Assembly (NCBI GenBank): GCA_964434965.1 | Contig: CAYSWX010000023.1 | Location: 1 to 24,000, forward strand | DNA: 24,000 nt | Reading direction: 5' to 3' | Source of the DNA: an uncultured Methanosarcinales archaeon | GTDB lineage: Archaea; Halobacteriota; Methanosarcinia; Methanosarcinales; Methanosarcinaceae | In this document: positions 1 through 8,075 of the stretch, piece after piece | Layout: the number at the start of each line of letters is the position of its first letter | Numbering within the stretch: position 1 is the stretch's first letter | Translations under genes and position numbers: made by a program | Notes under the pieces: model-generated | Told to the model about the DNA's origin: nothing | Seen by the model: the letters and a program-made list of their open reading frames with translations, nothing else | Databases searched by the model: none

Positions 1-399
1 CATTGCTATCCTCTTATAAGATATTTTCATCTCAGATAAAGTTTGCTTAAAGCTGCTTTGCCTGGAAGCTACAGGAATAATCCGAAGCAGCCGGACAAAA
101 GATCCTGGTAATAGACCCGTATTCAGGTACTGGTCTTCACGTGTTTTTGTTCCAGGTATTTCTGCTAATTATTGATCTAATATGCAGATTTACTGTTTAT
201 TGATATTGATTTCAGGTTAGATTGACAATCTATATTTATTTAATTATTGGTCTCAATCGTTATCAAGCTAACCATTATATTTATTTCCCAGTTCGATAAT
301 TTCATAATTTCTACAGGTGCAATTAACCTGATGTGGCTTTTATACAGATTCAGGACTTGAGCAGAATCTCCAGTTCAAAAACATATCTCAACTCAAAAT

Positions 400-1857
400 T
401 TAACCTGATTTATATTTTCCGTTTTCTCCGGCAAACGGGATTTTTTCACCTGTTAAAGGTAATGTGAATGCGAAGGTGCTGCCTTTTCCCACCTCACTTT
501 CCATCCATATTTTCCCGCCGTGCAGTTCCACAAGTTTCTGGACAATAGTAAGGCCAAGTCCGCTTCCTTTGTACGTGTGTGTCTCCGTGTTTTCTATCTG
601 GCTAAAAGGCTTAAATAGCTTCTTCTGGTCCTCTGGCGATATCCCAATACCGCTATCCTTTACGGAGATTTCGGTAAAGTCCCCTATAATTTTGGCCCTT
701 ATGGTCACTGAACCTTCACAGGGCGTGAACTTTATTGCGTTGCTAATAAGGTTATAGAGGATCTCTTTGAATTTTTCCAGGTCTGCGTGGAGAACCCTTA
801 AATTTGGGTCAAGATCTTTATCAAGATTGATATTCTTTTTTGATGCCAGAGGAAGGAGTGTTGTCACAACTTCACAAATGGACTCCGGTACAGAGATCTC
901 TGTGTATCGCAGCTCCGTCTTTCCTGCTTCGATCCTCGATAGGTCAAGGAGATTATTAATTAGGGACAGCTGGTGTTTTCCGTTCACGGAAATATTAGTA
1001 ATATACTTTATTTGCTTTTCATTCAAAGGTCCGATTACCTGCTCAAGCAAAAAATCCGAATACCCAATAATAGAGTTAAGCGGTGTCCTCAATTCATGGC
1101 TCACGTTAGCCAGAAACTTGGACTTGGTGTTGTTTGCCTCTTCAGCCGCCTTTTTGGCTCGGACCATCATCTCTTCTGCCCTTATCTGCTCTGTTATATC
1201 AATCCCCATGCCTCCGTATAATGTAATTCCTTCACCCAGATTGATAGGAAACCTTATGGTGCGGTAGAAAAGTTCGTTTCCCTCCAGGTCTACAAGAGAT
1301 TCTGTCCTGGTGATGCTGTCTTTTTCTTCAGATACCGCATCCCTGATCCACTCCTCTTTCCTGAAGTGTTCCTTCAGATAATTATTCGAATATACAATAA
1401 GTCCCCTGTCATCTTTTATGAATGCGGTCGCGGGCAAATTGTCCATAAATGTGGTAAATTGCTTTTTGCTCTGCTGAAGTTTTTTGGAGTATTTTTTAAG
1501 TTCTCTATTCGTCTGCTCCAGTTCTTCAGCATATCTCTGAAGTTCTTTCCGGCTTTTTTCTGAAGCTTCGATCCATTCTCTGAAGGCAAGGCCATATGCC
1601 ATCATTATTTCCATCAGAGGAGTAGATAGATAACGGATAGACTCGAGAAGTTTTGTGTCTGGATAAGTTTCTGAAAGGCAAGCTATTGCGTCCTCATGGA
1701 TCTCTGCAATGTCCTCAGGGGGTATGTTTTCCTGGACCATCTCCCGCCCGAGTTCACCTATTTCAAAAAGGTACTTTTCATCGGGGGAATCAACATAATT
1801 TTTTAGAAGGACATTATATCTTTGTTTGAACTTTTGAATTGGCATAGGGCAAATCAT
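400..1857 (-). CDS. Sensor histidine kinase with RsbU-N-like (RsbT-docking) N-terminal domain, coiled coil, PAS-like segment, HisKA and HATPase_c
   Basis: 485-aa ORF. The N-terminus ([10 protein letters not shown]...[14 protein letters not shown]...[10 protein letters not shown]) aligns by eye with the N-terminal domain of Bacillus RsbU. Coiled coil [26 protein letters not shown]-box [19 protein letters not shown]-box [12 protein letters not shown]-boxes DSGIGI and GSGLGL. ATGA start/stop overlap (1854-1857) with the upstream phosphatase gene. Confidence 0.9.
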   Translation of the reverse strand: MICPMPIQKFKQRYNVLLKNYVDSPDEKYLFEIGELGREMVQENIPPEDIAEIHEDAIACLSETYPDTKLLESIRYLSTPLMEIMMAYGLAFREWIEASEKSRKELQRYAEELEQTNRELKKYSKKLQQSKKQFTTFMDNLPATAFIKDDRGLIVYSNNYLKEHFRKEEWIRDAVSEEKDSITRTESLVDLEGNELFYRTIRFPINLGEGITLYGGMGIDITEQIRAEEMMVRAKKAAEEANNTKSKFLANVSHELRTPLNSIIGYSDFLLEQVIGPLNEKQIKYITNISVNGKHQLSLINNLLDLSRIEAGKTELRYTEISVPESICEVVTTLLPLASKKNINLDKDLDPNLRVLHADLEKFKEILYNLISNAIKFTPCEGSVTIRAKIIGDFTEISVKDSGIGISPEDQKKLFKPFSQIENTETHTYKGSGLGLTIVQKLVELHGGKIWMESEVGKGSTFAFTLPLTGEKIPFAGENGKYKSG

Positions 1858-2423
1858 CCTTTATATATTAGAATTGCAGCATCGTCTGTTTCTTTTGCAT
1901 AGTCTCTAAGTATTCGATTTGCCAGTTTTTGCACGTCCATGCAGAAGGACTCTTCATAACTGGAAACTTCGAGGCTTTCTGAGATGCCGTCAGTCCACAT
2001 AAGCACAAGATCGCCATCAGTCAGGTCTATAGTATTTATATTTAATTTCCGGTAACCTCCCCCAATGATACCCCAATCGCTACTCAAATTTATTTTTTTT
2101 CTACCCCATATTGCTACATTGATATTTCCTATCCCTCCATGAGTCAGTGTAGCATTTTTTTTATCCACAATGACTATGCTCATTGCCGTCCCCCTTGTGT
2201 ATTTTATCCCCCGGTCACACTTCTCAAATATATGGGGCAATGGTTCACAAAGGTTACGGGATACGCAGTCGATTGCTGCTATTGCAGCCTTTTCAGCTTC
2301 AATTCCGTGCCCAAGACCATCAACCATACATAGTATGATACTATCCTCGTTTTCCCACCATCTACACTGATCCCCACAATAAGGGTCATTTAAGAAAGAA
2401 TGAGTTGCAGTACTAATATTCAT
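1854..2423 (-). CDS. PP2C/SpoIIE-type serine phosphatase, RsbX-like
   Basis: 189-aa ORF, the size of RsbX. Motifs CGDQ...[15 protein letters not shown]...MWTDGISE are typical of the SpoIIE/PP2C fold. Sits directly downstream of the RsbR/S/T-like genes. Confidence 0.8.
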   Translation of the reverse strand: MNISTATHSFLNDPYCGDQCRWWENEDSIILCMVDGLGHGIEAEKAAIAAIDCVSRNLCEPLPHIFEKCDRGIKYTRGTAMSIVIVDKKNATLTHGGIGNINVAIWGRKKINLSSDWGIIGGGYRKLNINTIDLTDGDLVLMWTDGISESLEVSSYEESFCMDVQKLANRILRDYAKETDDAAILIYKG

Positions 2424-2469
2424 GTTTCATCCTATTCAGGCCATATAATTCTACCTGATGGTCTGCCTG

Positions 2470-2580
2470 TTATTCCAGATCCTTGACAACTGGCTCTGGT
2501 TCTGGACATTTCTTTCCATAGGATCCATGCTGATCTTTCCCGCAGTTCAGCTCAACAATTAAATGGCTTCTCTTTTCCAT
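2470..2580 (-). CDS. Possible 36-aa small ORF in the rsbT-like/rsbX-like spacer
   Basis: My own translation of the minus strand: MEKRSHLIVELNCGKDQHGSYGKKCPEPEPVVKDLE, then a stop. It is below the ORF-track size cutoff. I recognise no homology and see no clear SD. Confidence 0.2.
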   Translation of the reverse strand: MEKRSHLIVELNCGKDQHGSYGKKCPEPEPVVKDLE

Positions 2581-2588
2581 AATGAATT

Positions 2589-2612
2589 TTTTATGTTGGG
2601 TTTTATGTTGGG
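2589..2612. repeat. Perfect 12-nt tandem duplication TTTTATGTTGGG x2
   Basis: Read directly: 2589-2600 and 2601-2612 are identical and are followed by TTTTTT. Lies just 3' of the rsbT-like stop on the minus-strand transcript. Confidence 0.8.
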
Positions 2613-2631
2613 TTTTTTGCGCCACCTCAAA

Positions 2632-3030
2632 TTATTTCCGGCTCCTTTTGATTTCCATGGTAATTTTTGTATATCCTGGCTCTGATGCTATGTCAAAATT
2701 GTTTACAAGCCTTTTAGCTCCCGGAAGTCCTGCTCCCAGCCCGTTTCCCGTAGTGAACCCATCTTCCATGGCCAGGTTAAGATCTGCAATCCCTGGGCCG
2801 TAGTCTTCTACAACTACTTTAATAGCCATTTCCTTTTCATCCTGTTCATTATGAATGGAGCAGTTCCCTTCTCCTGCATATTTAAGAACATTCCGGGCCA
2901 GTTCGGAGATGGCAGTTGCCATACGTGTCTGATCTGCCGAACCAAACCCCATCTCCTTCATAATATCCCTTGCTGTCTGCCTTGCAAACAGGAGATCACT
3001 CTCGGTTTTAATCGGTATTTTCTTATTCAT
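2632..3030 (-). CDS. RsbT-like serine protein kinase (anti-sigma-regulatory-factor type HATPase)
   Basis: 132 aa, collinear by eye with B. subtilis RsbT: AISELARNVLKYAGEG, EDYGPGI, MEDGFTTGNGLGAGLPGAKRL. Confidence 0.85.
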   Translation of the reverse strand: MNKKIPIKTESDLLFARQTARDIMKEMGFGSADQTRMATAISELARNVLKYAGEGNCSIHNEQDEKEMAIKVVVEDYGPGIADLNLAMEDGFTTGNGLGAGLPGAKRLVNNFDIASEPGYTKITMEIKRSRK

Positions 3031-3196
3031 TGATTATTCCCTCTTAGGTTATCCCCTCAGTAATCGGGTAGTTTCCATAATTTCCCCTGTCCATTATTCT
3101 ATCTGTTACTTTCTATCACTGCACTATCCGGGTGCTCTGGTACAGCTAACTATGGAATACATATCCTGAGGTAAGAGAAGTACAGTCTCCAACAGT

Positions 3197-3577
3197 TCAA
3201 CTTTGTAACGAGGTATGACTTCCTTTTTTTGAGTGGAGTATTTTATCAAGCCCCTTACCAAGGTTAAGTGCCGTTTGCACGCCTATGAGTTCTCGTCCCA
3301 TTTCAACAAGGGTTAGAGCAACCATAGGCTGCATTCCGCAGAGTACTACTTCTGTCCCCATAATTCGTGCCATATTTGCCGTCTCATTGATAACTCTCGC
3401 CATAAAAGAATCGACTATTTCCATACCCGTTATATCAATGAGGACCCCTATAGCTTCGGTTTTTTCAAGCATTTTCAGCATTTGAGACTGGAATTCAAGT
3501 ACCTCGTTGTCTGTAAGGTCCCCTGGTATCGAAGACAGCAAAACATCATTTACTTTCAGTATTGGAATCATTCCCAT
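3197..3577 (-). CDS. RsbS-like single STAS-domain protein
   Basis: 126 aa. IPILKV...VLIDITGMEIVDSFMARV...VVLCGMQPMVALTLVEMG matches RsbS by eye. Ser57 in the DSF motif corresponds to the phospho-acceptor Ser59 of B. subtilis RsbS. TAATG overlap with the upstream gene. Confidence 0.8.
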   Translation of the reverse strand: MGMIPILKVNDVLLSSIPGDLTDNEVLEFQSQMLKMLEKTEAIGVLIDITGMEIVDSFMARVINETANMARIMGTEVVLCGMQPMVALTLVEMGRELIGVQTALNLGKGLDKILHSKKGSHTSLQS

Positions 3578-4383
3578 TACTCCTCACATGATACCACTTT
3601 CATTCCCATCAGGCTGATGGCTTTTGAGATCCCTGTTTTCAGTGAACCACAGGTGGTGATATTGCTCAGGTCTATTCCGAGAGTTACCAGAGTCTGTGAG
3701 ACCTCAGGGCTGAAACCGGTGAGAATCGTCTTTGCCCCAAGCATTTTTGCTGCATTTACTGCCTTGATTATATGCCTTGCAACTGCAGTGTCTACTACCG
3801 GCACTCCTGTAAGGTCCAGAATCGCCAGTTCAGCTTCATTTTCCACAATTGAGTTTAGCAGGTTTTCCATAATATGCTGTGCACGTGCTGTATCGATGGC
3901 TCCTACCAGAGGCAGCAACAGGATCCCATCCCATATTTTGATCACAGGTGTTGCAAGCTCCAGAATTGTCTGGCTCTGTACACGAAGGTCATTTTCCATC
4001 TTCACTCTGTTAGTAATATCTGCAATATATTCAAGCCCTCCAACAATGTTTCCATCCTCATCTTTTAAAGGCACAGCCGTTACCTCTATGTTGATCGTTT
4101 CTCCATGGTCCGAAATTTCATAACGACCTGTATATTTTTTGTCGTTGTCTATTGCTTGTTTGATTCCGCATGTGGATGCACTTACGCACCTTGATTCAAG
4201 AACTTTGTAACATTTTTTTCCTTTAACTTCCTCAAATTTTCTCCCAAATAAATCGCAACCTGCGGGGTTGATAAACAAAATATTAAAATCCTTATCCACA
4301 ATCATAATAGGAATTGGAATTGATTCAAGAAGAGCGTTTTCCATATCAAATGACCCTATGTTATATTTGCCTGTAGCGTTCAT
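3577..4383 (-). CDS. RsbR-like stressosome sensor: N-terminal PAS domain plus C-terminal STAS
   Basis: 268 aa. PAS-like N-terminus (IMIVDKDFNILFINPAGCDLFGRKFEEVKGK...). The C-terminus ILDLTGVPVVDTAVARHIIKAVNAAKMLGAKTILTGFSPEVSQTLVTLGIDL matches the RsbR STAS domain, including the VVDT threonine. SD-like GGGGA upstream. Confidence 0.8.
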   Translation of the reverse strand: MNATGKYNIGSFDMENALLESIPIPIMIVDKDFNILFINPAGCDLFGRKFEEVKGKKCYKVLESRCVSASTCGIKQAIDNDKKYTGRYEISDHGETINIEVTAVPLKDEDGNIVGGLEYIADITNRVKMENDLRVQSQTILELATPVIKIWDGILLLPLVGAIDTARAQHIMENLLNSIVENEAELAILDLTGVPVVDTAVARHIIKAVNAAKMLGAKTILTGFSPEVSQTLVTLGIDLSNITTCGSLKTGISKAISLMGMKVVSCEE

Positions 4384-4497
4384 TTTTCGTCCCCTGTTAC
4401 ATGATTTCTTGCCTTAAAGACCAATGGTCTCTGGCATCTATAATTGGTGAAACTAAAACCAATTATAATAGATTTTCAATTTTTGTTGTATTCTGTG

Positions 4498-4514
4498 TAA
4501 AGAAATGATATGAT
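4498..4514. repeat. 17-nt motif TAAAGAAATGATATGAT, copy 1 (the exact second copy is at 14714-14730)
   Basis: Exact 17-mer seen in two separate intergenic regions. Each copy lies about 95-130 nt upstream of a minus-strand start codon (4383 and 14620), and each is followed by TAAA(A)TGGT. Confidence 0.6.
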
Positions 4515-4814
4515 TAAATGGTAAAAACTTTATTATAATATTCATATTCTTTGCCGAGATTCTATATAACTTTTTTTATACTATTAATCGAACTTATTCA
4601 TGCCGAGATTTAAAATCAAGGATAAAATTCTCTAAAAATGGAGAAATGATTAGATTCAGAACCAGGTTTTCAAAAGAGTAGGGGACATTCTGGATCTGGG
4701 AAACAACATAAATACGATCATACTTATCAGTAATCTATTGATTGAATACAAATTCTGATGGACAAATAGACTTATACCCCATTAATCTTAAAAAAAGAGG
4801 TAGGTGACCCCTGG

Positions 4815-5117
4815 ATGCACAAAACACTCAATCTTGATGATTTAATCGCCAAAAAGACGAAAGAGAATGTTGAAAAAGACCCCGAAATGGGATATGAAGA
4901 GCTCTACGACTTGATTATCCCCCCCGGAACGGTTGTATCCATTATCTACGATATCGTAGAAGAATTTGGGCTTGAACCCATAACGCGGAAGATGCCTTTT
5001 AGTATTGCAAACAGTGAAGAAAGGGAAGTTCTTGTCCTTCGCGGTCCTCTTGAAAAGGTTCAGGCTGCAGAAGAATTCCTCTATAAGGAAATGAAGGACT
5101 GGATCGAAAATCCATAA
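4815..5117 (+). CDS. Hypothetical protein (100 aa, acidic)
   Basis: The ORF has SD-like GAGGTAGGTGA about 8 nt upstream and natural-looking composition. The overlapping antisense ORF (4842-5198) is Phe-rich and looks like a shadow frame. No family recognised. Confidence 0.55.
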   Translation: MHKTLNLDDLIAKKTKENVEKDPEMGYEELYDLIIPPGTVVSIIYDIVEEFGLEPITRKMPFSIANSEEREVLVLRGPLEKVQAAEEFLYKEMKDWIENP

Positions 5118-5242
5118 GATCCGCTGGTCTGGAAAAAGGGGATAATAGCAATAGGAGCAGGTGCTGGATAAGTGAAATAACAACTTTTCAGCAAACAAAT
5201 ATTTTTTCTTGAAATAAGTAAAAATATGAGGAAAGGTCCCGG

Positions 5243-6223
5243 TTATTCGGAACCTATACCTGTAATACTGTCTTTTGAAAAGTCAAAAACGGTTACCCTG
5301 TCTGTTTTCTCGTACATATCGAGCTTTGCTCCCTCTTCAATTATTCCTATAACGGAAGCTGTAAGCCCTGCCTTTTCAAATACATTTACACATTCTTCGG
5401 CTTTTTCCGGGGCTGCGGTAAATACGTAACCTGTTCCGGGGTGCACTTTCAGCCACTGCTCAAAGTCCACACCTTCAGGTCTTGGGACTTTTTCAAGGTC
5501 CACCAAGGCTCCTACCCTGCTCGTCTCGCAAAGCATTCCAAGCGTTCCTATGAGCCCAGGGTTGCTGATATCCTTGCCGGCGGTAGCAAGCTTTTTCTGT
5601 GCTATTTCCTGGGTTACAAGGTAGCTTTCCCTCAGCACTGCAGGTTCTTTAAAGGATGTAGTATCCCAGCTGTAAGGGGAATTCGGACCGATTCTTCCGT
5701 CCATATCATAGGCTGCAATTATCAGGTCTCCGGGGCTTGCAGTATCACTTCGGATTACACAGTCCTTTTTTACAATCCCTATAATAGCAACGGAAAGGGA
5801 ATTATACTTAGTATCAGGATGGACGTGCCCTCCAACCACAGGAACTCCGAATTTTCTTACTCCTTCAGCCAGTCCTTCCATCAGTTCCCTGCAGGCTTTT
5901 GGAGAATTTGAAGAGGCGATATCCACCATGGCAAGGGGTTTTCCGCCCATGGCTGCAATATCATTTATATTCACAACAACAGCCCCATAACCTGCCCACC
6001 AGGGGCTTGCGTCCAGCAGCCTCCCCCATATGCCATCTGCTGCAAAGAGGATAACGTCATCTCCCCCAATATCAATCACAGCAGCATCATCTCCGAAATC
6101 CACGATAGCGTTCCCGTATTCCGGGCGGACAGCTTCAAAGATGGAGACTATGTCCTCTATCTCTTTTTTTCGGGTGACTCCTTCAAAATTCCTTATACTT
6201 TCTGCTAACTGTTCCAGGTTCAA
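5243..6223 (-). CDS. AIR-synthase-related protein (PurM/ThiL/HypE superfamily), possibly methanogenesis marker protein 2
   Basis: 326 aa with the N-terminal FGDDAAVIDIGG motif and a later VVGGHV segment, typical of the PurM-like ATP-binding fold. The marker-2 assignment is from memory only. Confidence 0.75.
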   Translation of the reverse strand: MNLEQLAESIRNFEGVTRKKEIEDIVSIFEAVRPEYGNAIVDFGDDAAVIDIGGDDVILFAADGIWGRLLDASPWWAGYGAVVVNINDIAAMGGKPLAMVDIASSNSPKACRELMEGLAEGVRKFGVPVVGGHVHPDTKYNSLSVAIIGIVKKDCVIRSDTASPGDLIIAAYDMDGRIGPNSPYSWDTTSFKEPAVLRESYLVTQEIAQKKLATAGKDISNPGLIGTLGMLCETSRVGALVDLEKVPRPEGVDFEQWLKVHPGTGYVFTAAPEKAEECVNVFEKAGLTASVIGIIEEGAKLDMYEKTDRVTVFDFSKDSITGIGSE

Positions 6224-6274
6224 TCAAAAGCTCCTGTATGTTTTTTAGTTGTATCAAGTAGTTTAACAAATAAT

Positions 6275-6316
6275 GGTAAGACCAGATTGCGGTAAGACCG
6301 AATTAATGGTAAGGTC
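6275..6316. repeat. Three direct repeats GGTAAGACC / GGTAAGACC / GGTAAGGTC spaced 16-17 nt apart
   Basis: Read directly at 6275-6283, 6291-6299 and 6308-6316. The first and third are preceded by TAAT. Lies 52-93 nt upstream of the minus-strand start at 6223. Confidence 0.6.
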
Positions 6317-6667
6317 ACAGTAAACAGATGATAACTGGTGTCAAAGTTGAAATAAGTTATTAAATCTAATTGCAAGGTTCTGAGAGGTTAATAATAAACT
6401 TATTGCAGGTCAATGCAAGATATGATATTTATTATGAGCTTGGAGGCAATTGACATATTTATAGGCTCGATTTACTCATCTTTCCTTATAGCCGGGCAAT
6501 ATGGGACGAAATGATATACGTAATTAAGGTTATACTTTATCTGTTTTTCTTTGTTTTTGGGGGACGGAAGCGACAGCTTTTTATTAAATTATTATCTCCT
6601 AATATGCCAACCTTATATATTTTTCGACTTTATAAAAGTCTCCATTATAAAATAAGGAGTCAAAAAC

Positions 6668-6844
6668 ATGGTAGCAAAAATCGATGCCGATGCCTGCACA
6701 GGCTGTGGAACCTGTATAGATGAATGCCCTGCAGCTGCAATCTCCCTCAGTGATGATGATATTGCAGTTGTAGACGAAAACGAGTGCCTTGACTGCGGTG
6801 CATGCGAAGATGCCTGCCCGAACGGGGCAATCACCCTCGAGTAA
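6668..6844 (+). CDS. 2x[4Fe-4S] ferredoxin (58 aa)
   Basis: My own translation: [58 protein letters not shown]. It has two CxxCxxCxxxCP motifs, and AAGGAG lies 9 nt upstream of the ATG. It is absent from the ORF track (under 60 aa), which shows only antisense shadow ORFs here. Confidence 0.85.
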   Translation: MVAKIDADACTGCGTCIDECPAAAISLSDDDIAVVDENECLDCGACEDACPNGAITLE

Positions 6845-6867
6845 CACTTTAAAAGTAAGTCAGAGAA

Positions 6868-6893
6868 GCGGAGTTCTTGAACTCCGCCTTTTT
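6868..6893 (+). terminator. Hairpin plus T-tract downstream of the ferredoxin gene
   Basis: GCGGAGTT (6868-6875), loop CTTG, AACTCCGC (6880-6887), followed by CTTTTT. Confidence 0.45.
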
Positions 6894-6944
6894 GGCTCAG
6901 GGTTCATATCTTTTTTAACCCGGAGCCAGGATTAATAAAGCTAT

Positions 6945-7976
6945 TCAGTCCTCTTCTTTTCCGTTCTTTTCCAGGATCTCTCTTGCTTTTTCCATCTCTT
7001 CCTTCGTATGGATCTTTATCATCTTTCTGCGTTCTTCACTCATCTGCGACATGTCCTGGGCAAGGAGGCCGTAAGCATCAGCCCTGCACTGCCTGCAGTG
7101 GCGCATTTGCATAACATAAGGTTCGCAGGCTTCCTGGACTGCTTTTCTTTCTTCTGCTGTAGGAGGCTCTATGTCTGCAAAGGCTCCCTGGTTGATCAGG
7201 GGCATGACATTCATAATGTAAACCCCAAGTTCGTTGAGTTTTCTGGCAATCTCAATTACGTGCTTATCATTTATTCCAGGGACAAGCACAGTGTTAACCT
7301 TTATAACCAGACCTGCATCAATAGCAGCCTTAATCCCTTCAAGCTGGTTTTTGACCTGAATTTCTGCAGCTTCGACTCCCCTGTAGACCTTCCCGTGATA
7401 AACTATGTGGTCCACTATTTTTGCCTGAATTTCGGGGTCGATAGCGTTTACCGTTACAGTCAGCGTGGAAACTCCAACCCTCAGAATGTCCTGCAGCTTT
7501 TCGGGAAGCAAGAGTCCGTTTGTACTCATGCAGAGAGTAAGCTCCGGAAACTCTTTTTTTATCAGCTCAAATGTCTCAAAGGTCGCATCATTAGCCAGAG
7601 GGTCACCTGGACCTGCAATCCCGACAACTTTGATGAACGGATAATCTGCCACTATCTGCCTTGTCTTCTCAAGAGCTTCCTGCGGGCTCAGGACCTTACT
7701 GGTAACCCCGGGCCTGCTCTCGTTTACACAGTCAAATTCACGGACGCAGAAATTGCACTGGATATTGCATTTCGGAGCCACAGCCAGGTGAATTCTTCCG
7801 TATTTATGCTGCGCTTTCTTATCATAACAGGGGTGCTCGGCAATCTTTCTAAGGAGTTCCTCTCCAGATGCGGGGCTATTATCGGTGTTGTTTACAGATT
7901 GGTTTTTTTCTGGCAAATTATTCTCCTCCGTTCGGAACTTAAAAGTGAAGTAAGATCTCAGTAAAAGGGATTTCAA
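6945..7976 (-). CDS. nifB: Radical SAM FeMo-cofactor biosynthesis protein NifB (short archaeal form)
   Basis: HPCYDKKAQHKYGRIHLAVAPKCNIQCNFCVREFDCVNESRPGV and the C-terminal MRHCRQCRADAYGLL are hallmark NifB motifs. 343 aa with no NifX-like extension. Confidence 0.85.
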   Translation of the reverse strand: MKSLLLRSYFTFKFRTEENNLPEKNQSVNNTDNSPASGEELLRKIAEHPCYDKKAQHKYGRIHLAVAPKCNIQCNFCVREFDCVNESRPGVTSKVLSPQEALEKTRQIVADYPFIKVVGIAGPGDPLANDATFETFELIKKEFPELTLCMSTNGLLLPEKLQDILRVGVSTLTVTVNAIDPEIQAKIVDHIVYHGKVYRGVEAAEIQVKNQLEGIKAAIDAGLVIKVNTVLVPGINDKHVIEIARKLNELGVYIMNVMPLINQGAFADIEPPTAEERKAVQEACEPYVMQMRHCRQCRADAYGLLAQDMSQMSEERRKMIKIHTKEEMEKAREILEKNGKEED

Positions 7977-8075
7977 GATGCCTAAAGCACCTATGACACA
8001 GCCCCTTGATATACATTGTGGAATCCTTTCGTAATTACTTCATAATGCAGATATAAAACCAGTCTGAAAACATAT

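Noticed and set aside
1-30. Possible start of a minus-strand gene running off the left edge (ATG at 30-28, MKISYKRIAM...)
   Set aside because: Only ten codons are visible and there is no SD or motif, so it cannot be supported.
2589-2612. Whether the short tandem repeats (here, 11283-11310 and 23776-23809) are CRISPR arrays
   Set aside because: Each has only two copies of 12-16 nt with 0-2 nt between them, so there are no spacers. There are also no cas genes.
3482-4123. 213-aa plus-strand ORF opposite the RsbR-like/RsbS-like genes
   Set aside because: It is antisense to two genes with strong STAS homology, and the sequence is hydrophobic and Ser-rich with no motifs.
4842-5198. 118-aa minus-strand ORF overlapping the 4815-5117 gene
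   Set aside because: It is Phe-rich, as expected from the antisense of a Lys/Glu-rich gene, and it has no SD. The plus-strand ORF was preferred, though neither has recognised homologs.
6599-6847. 82-aa and 73-aa minus-strand ORFs in the ORF track
   Set aside because: They are antisense to the ferredoxin gene. Their Cys content merely mirrors the GC-rich Cys codons of the real gene.
7008-7964. 318-aa plus-strand ORF covering almost the whole nifB locus
   Set aside because: It is an antisense shadow of a gene with unmistakable NifB motifs. Its composition is skewed (Leu/Phe/Ser-rich), it has no recognisable domain, and it has no SD.
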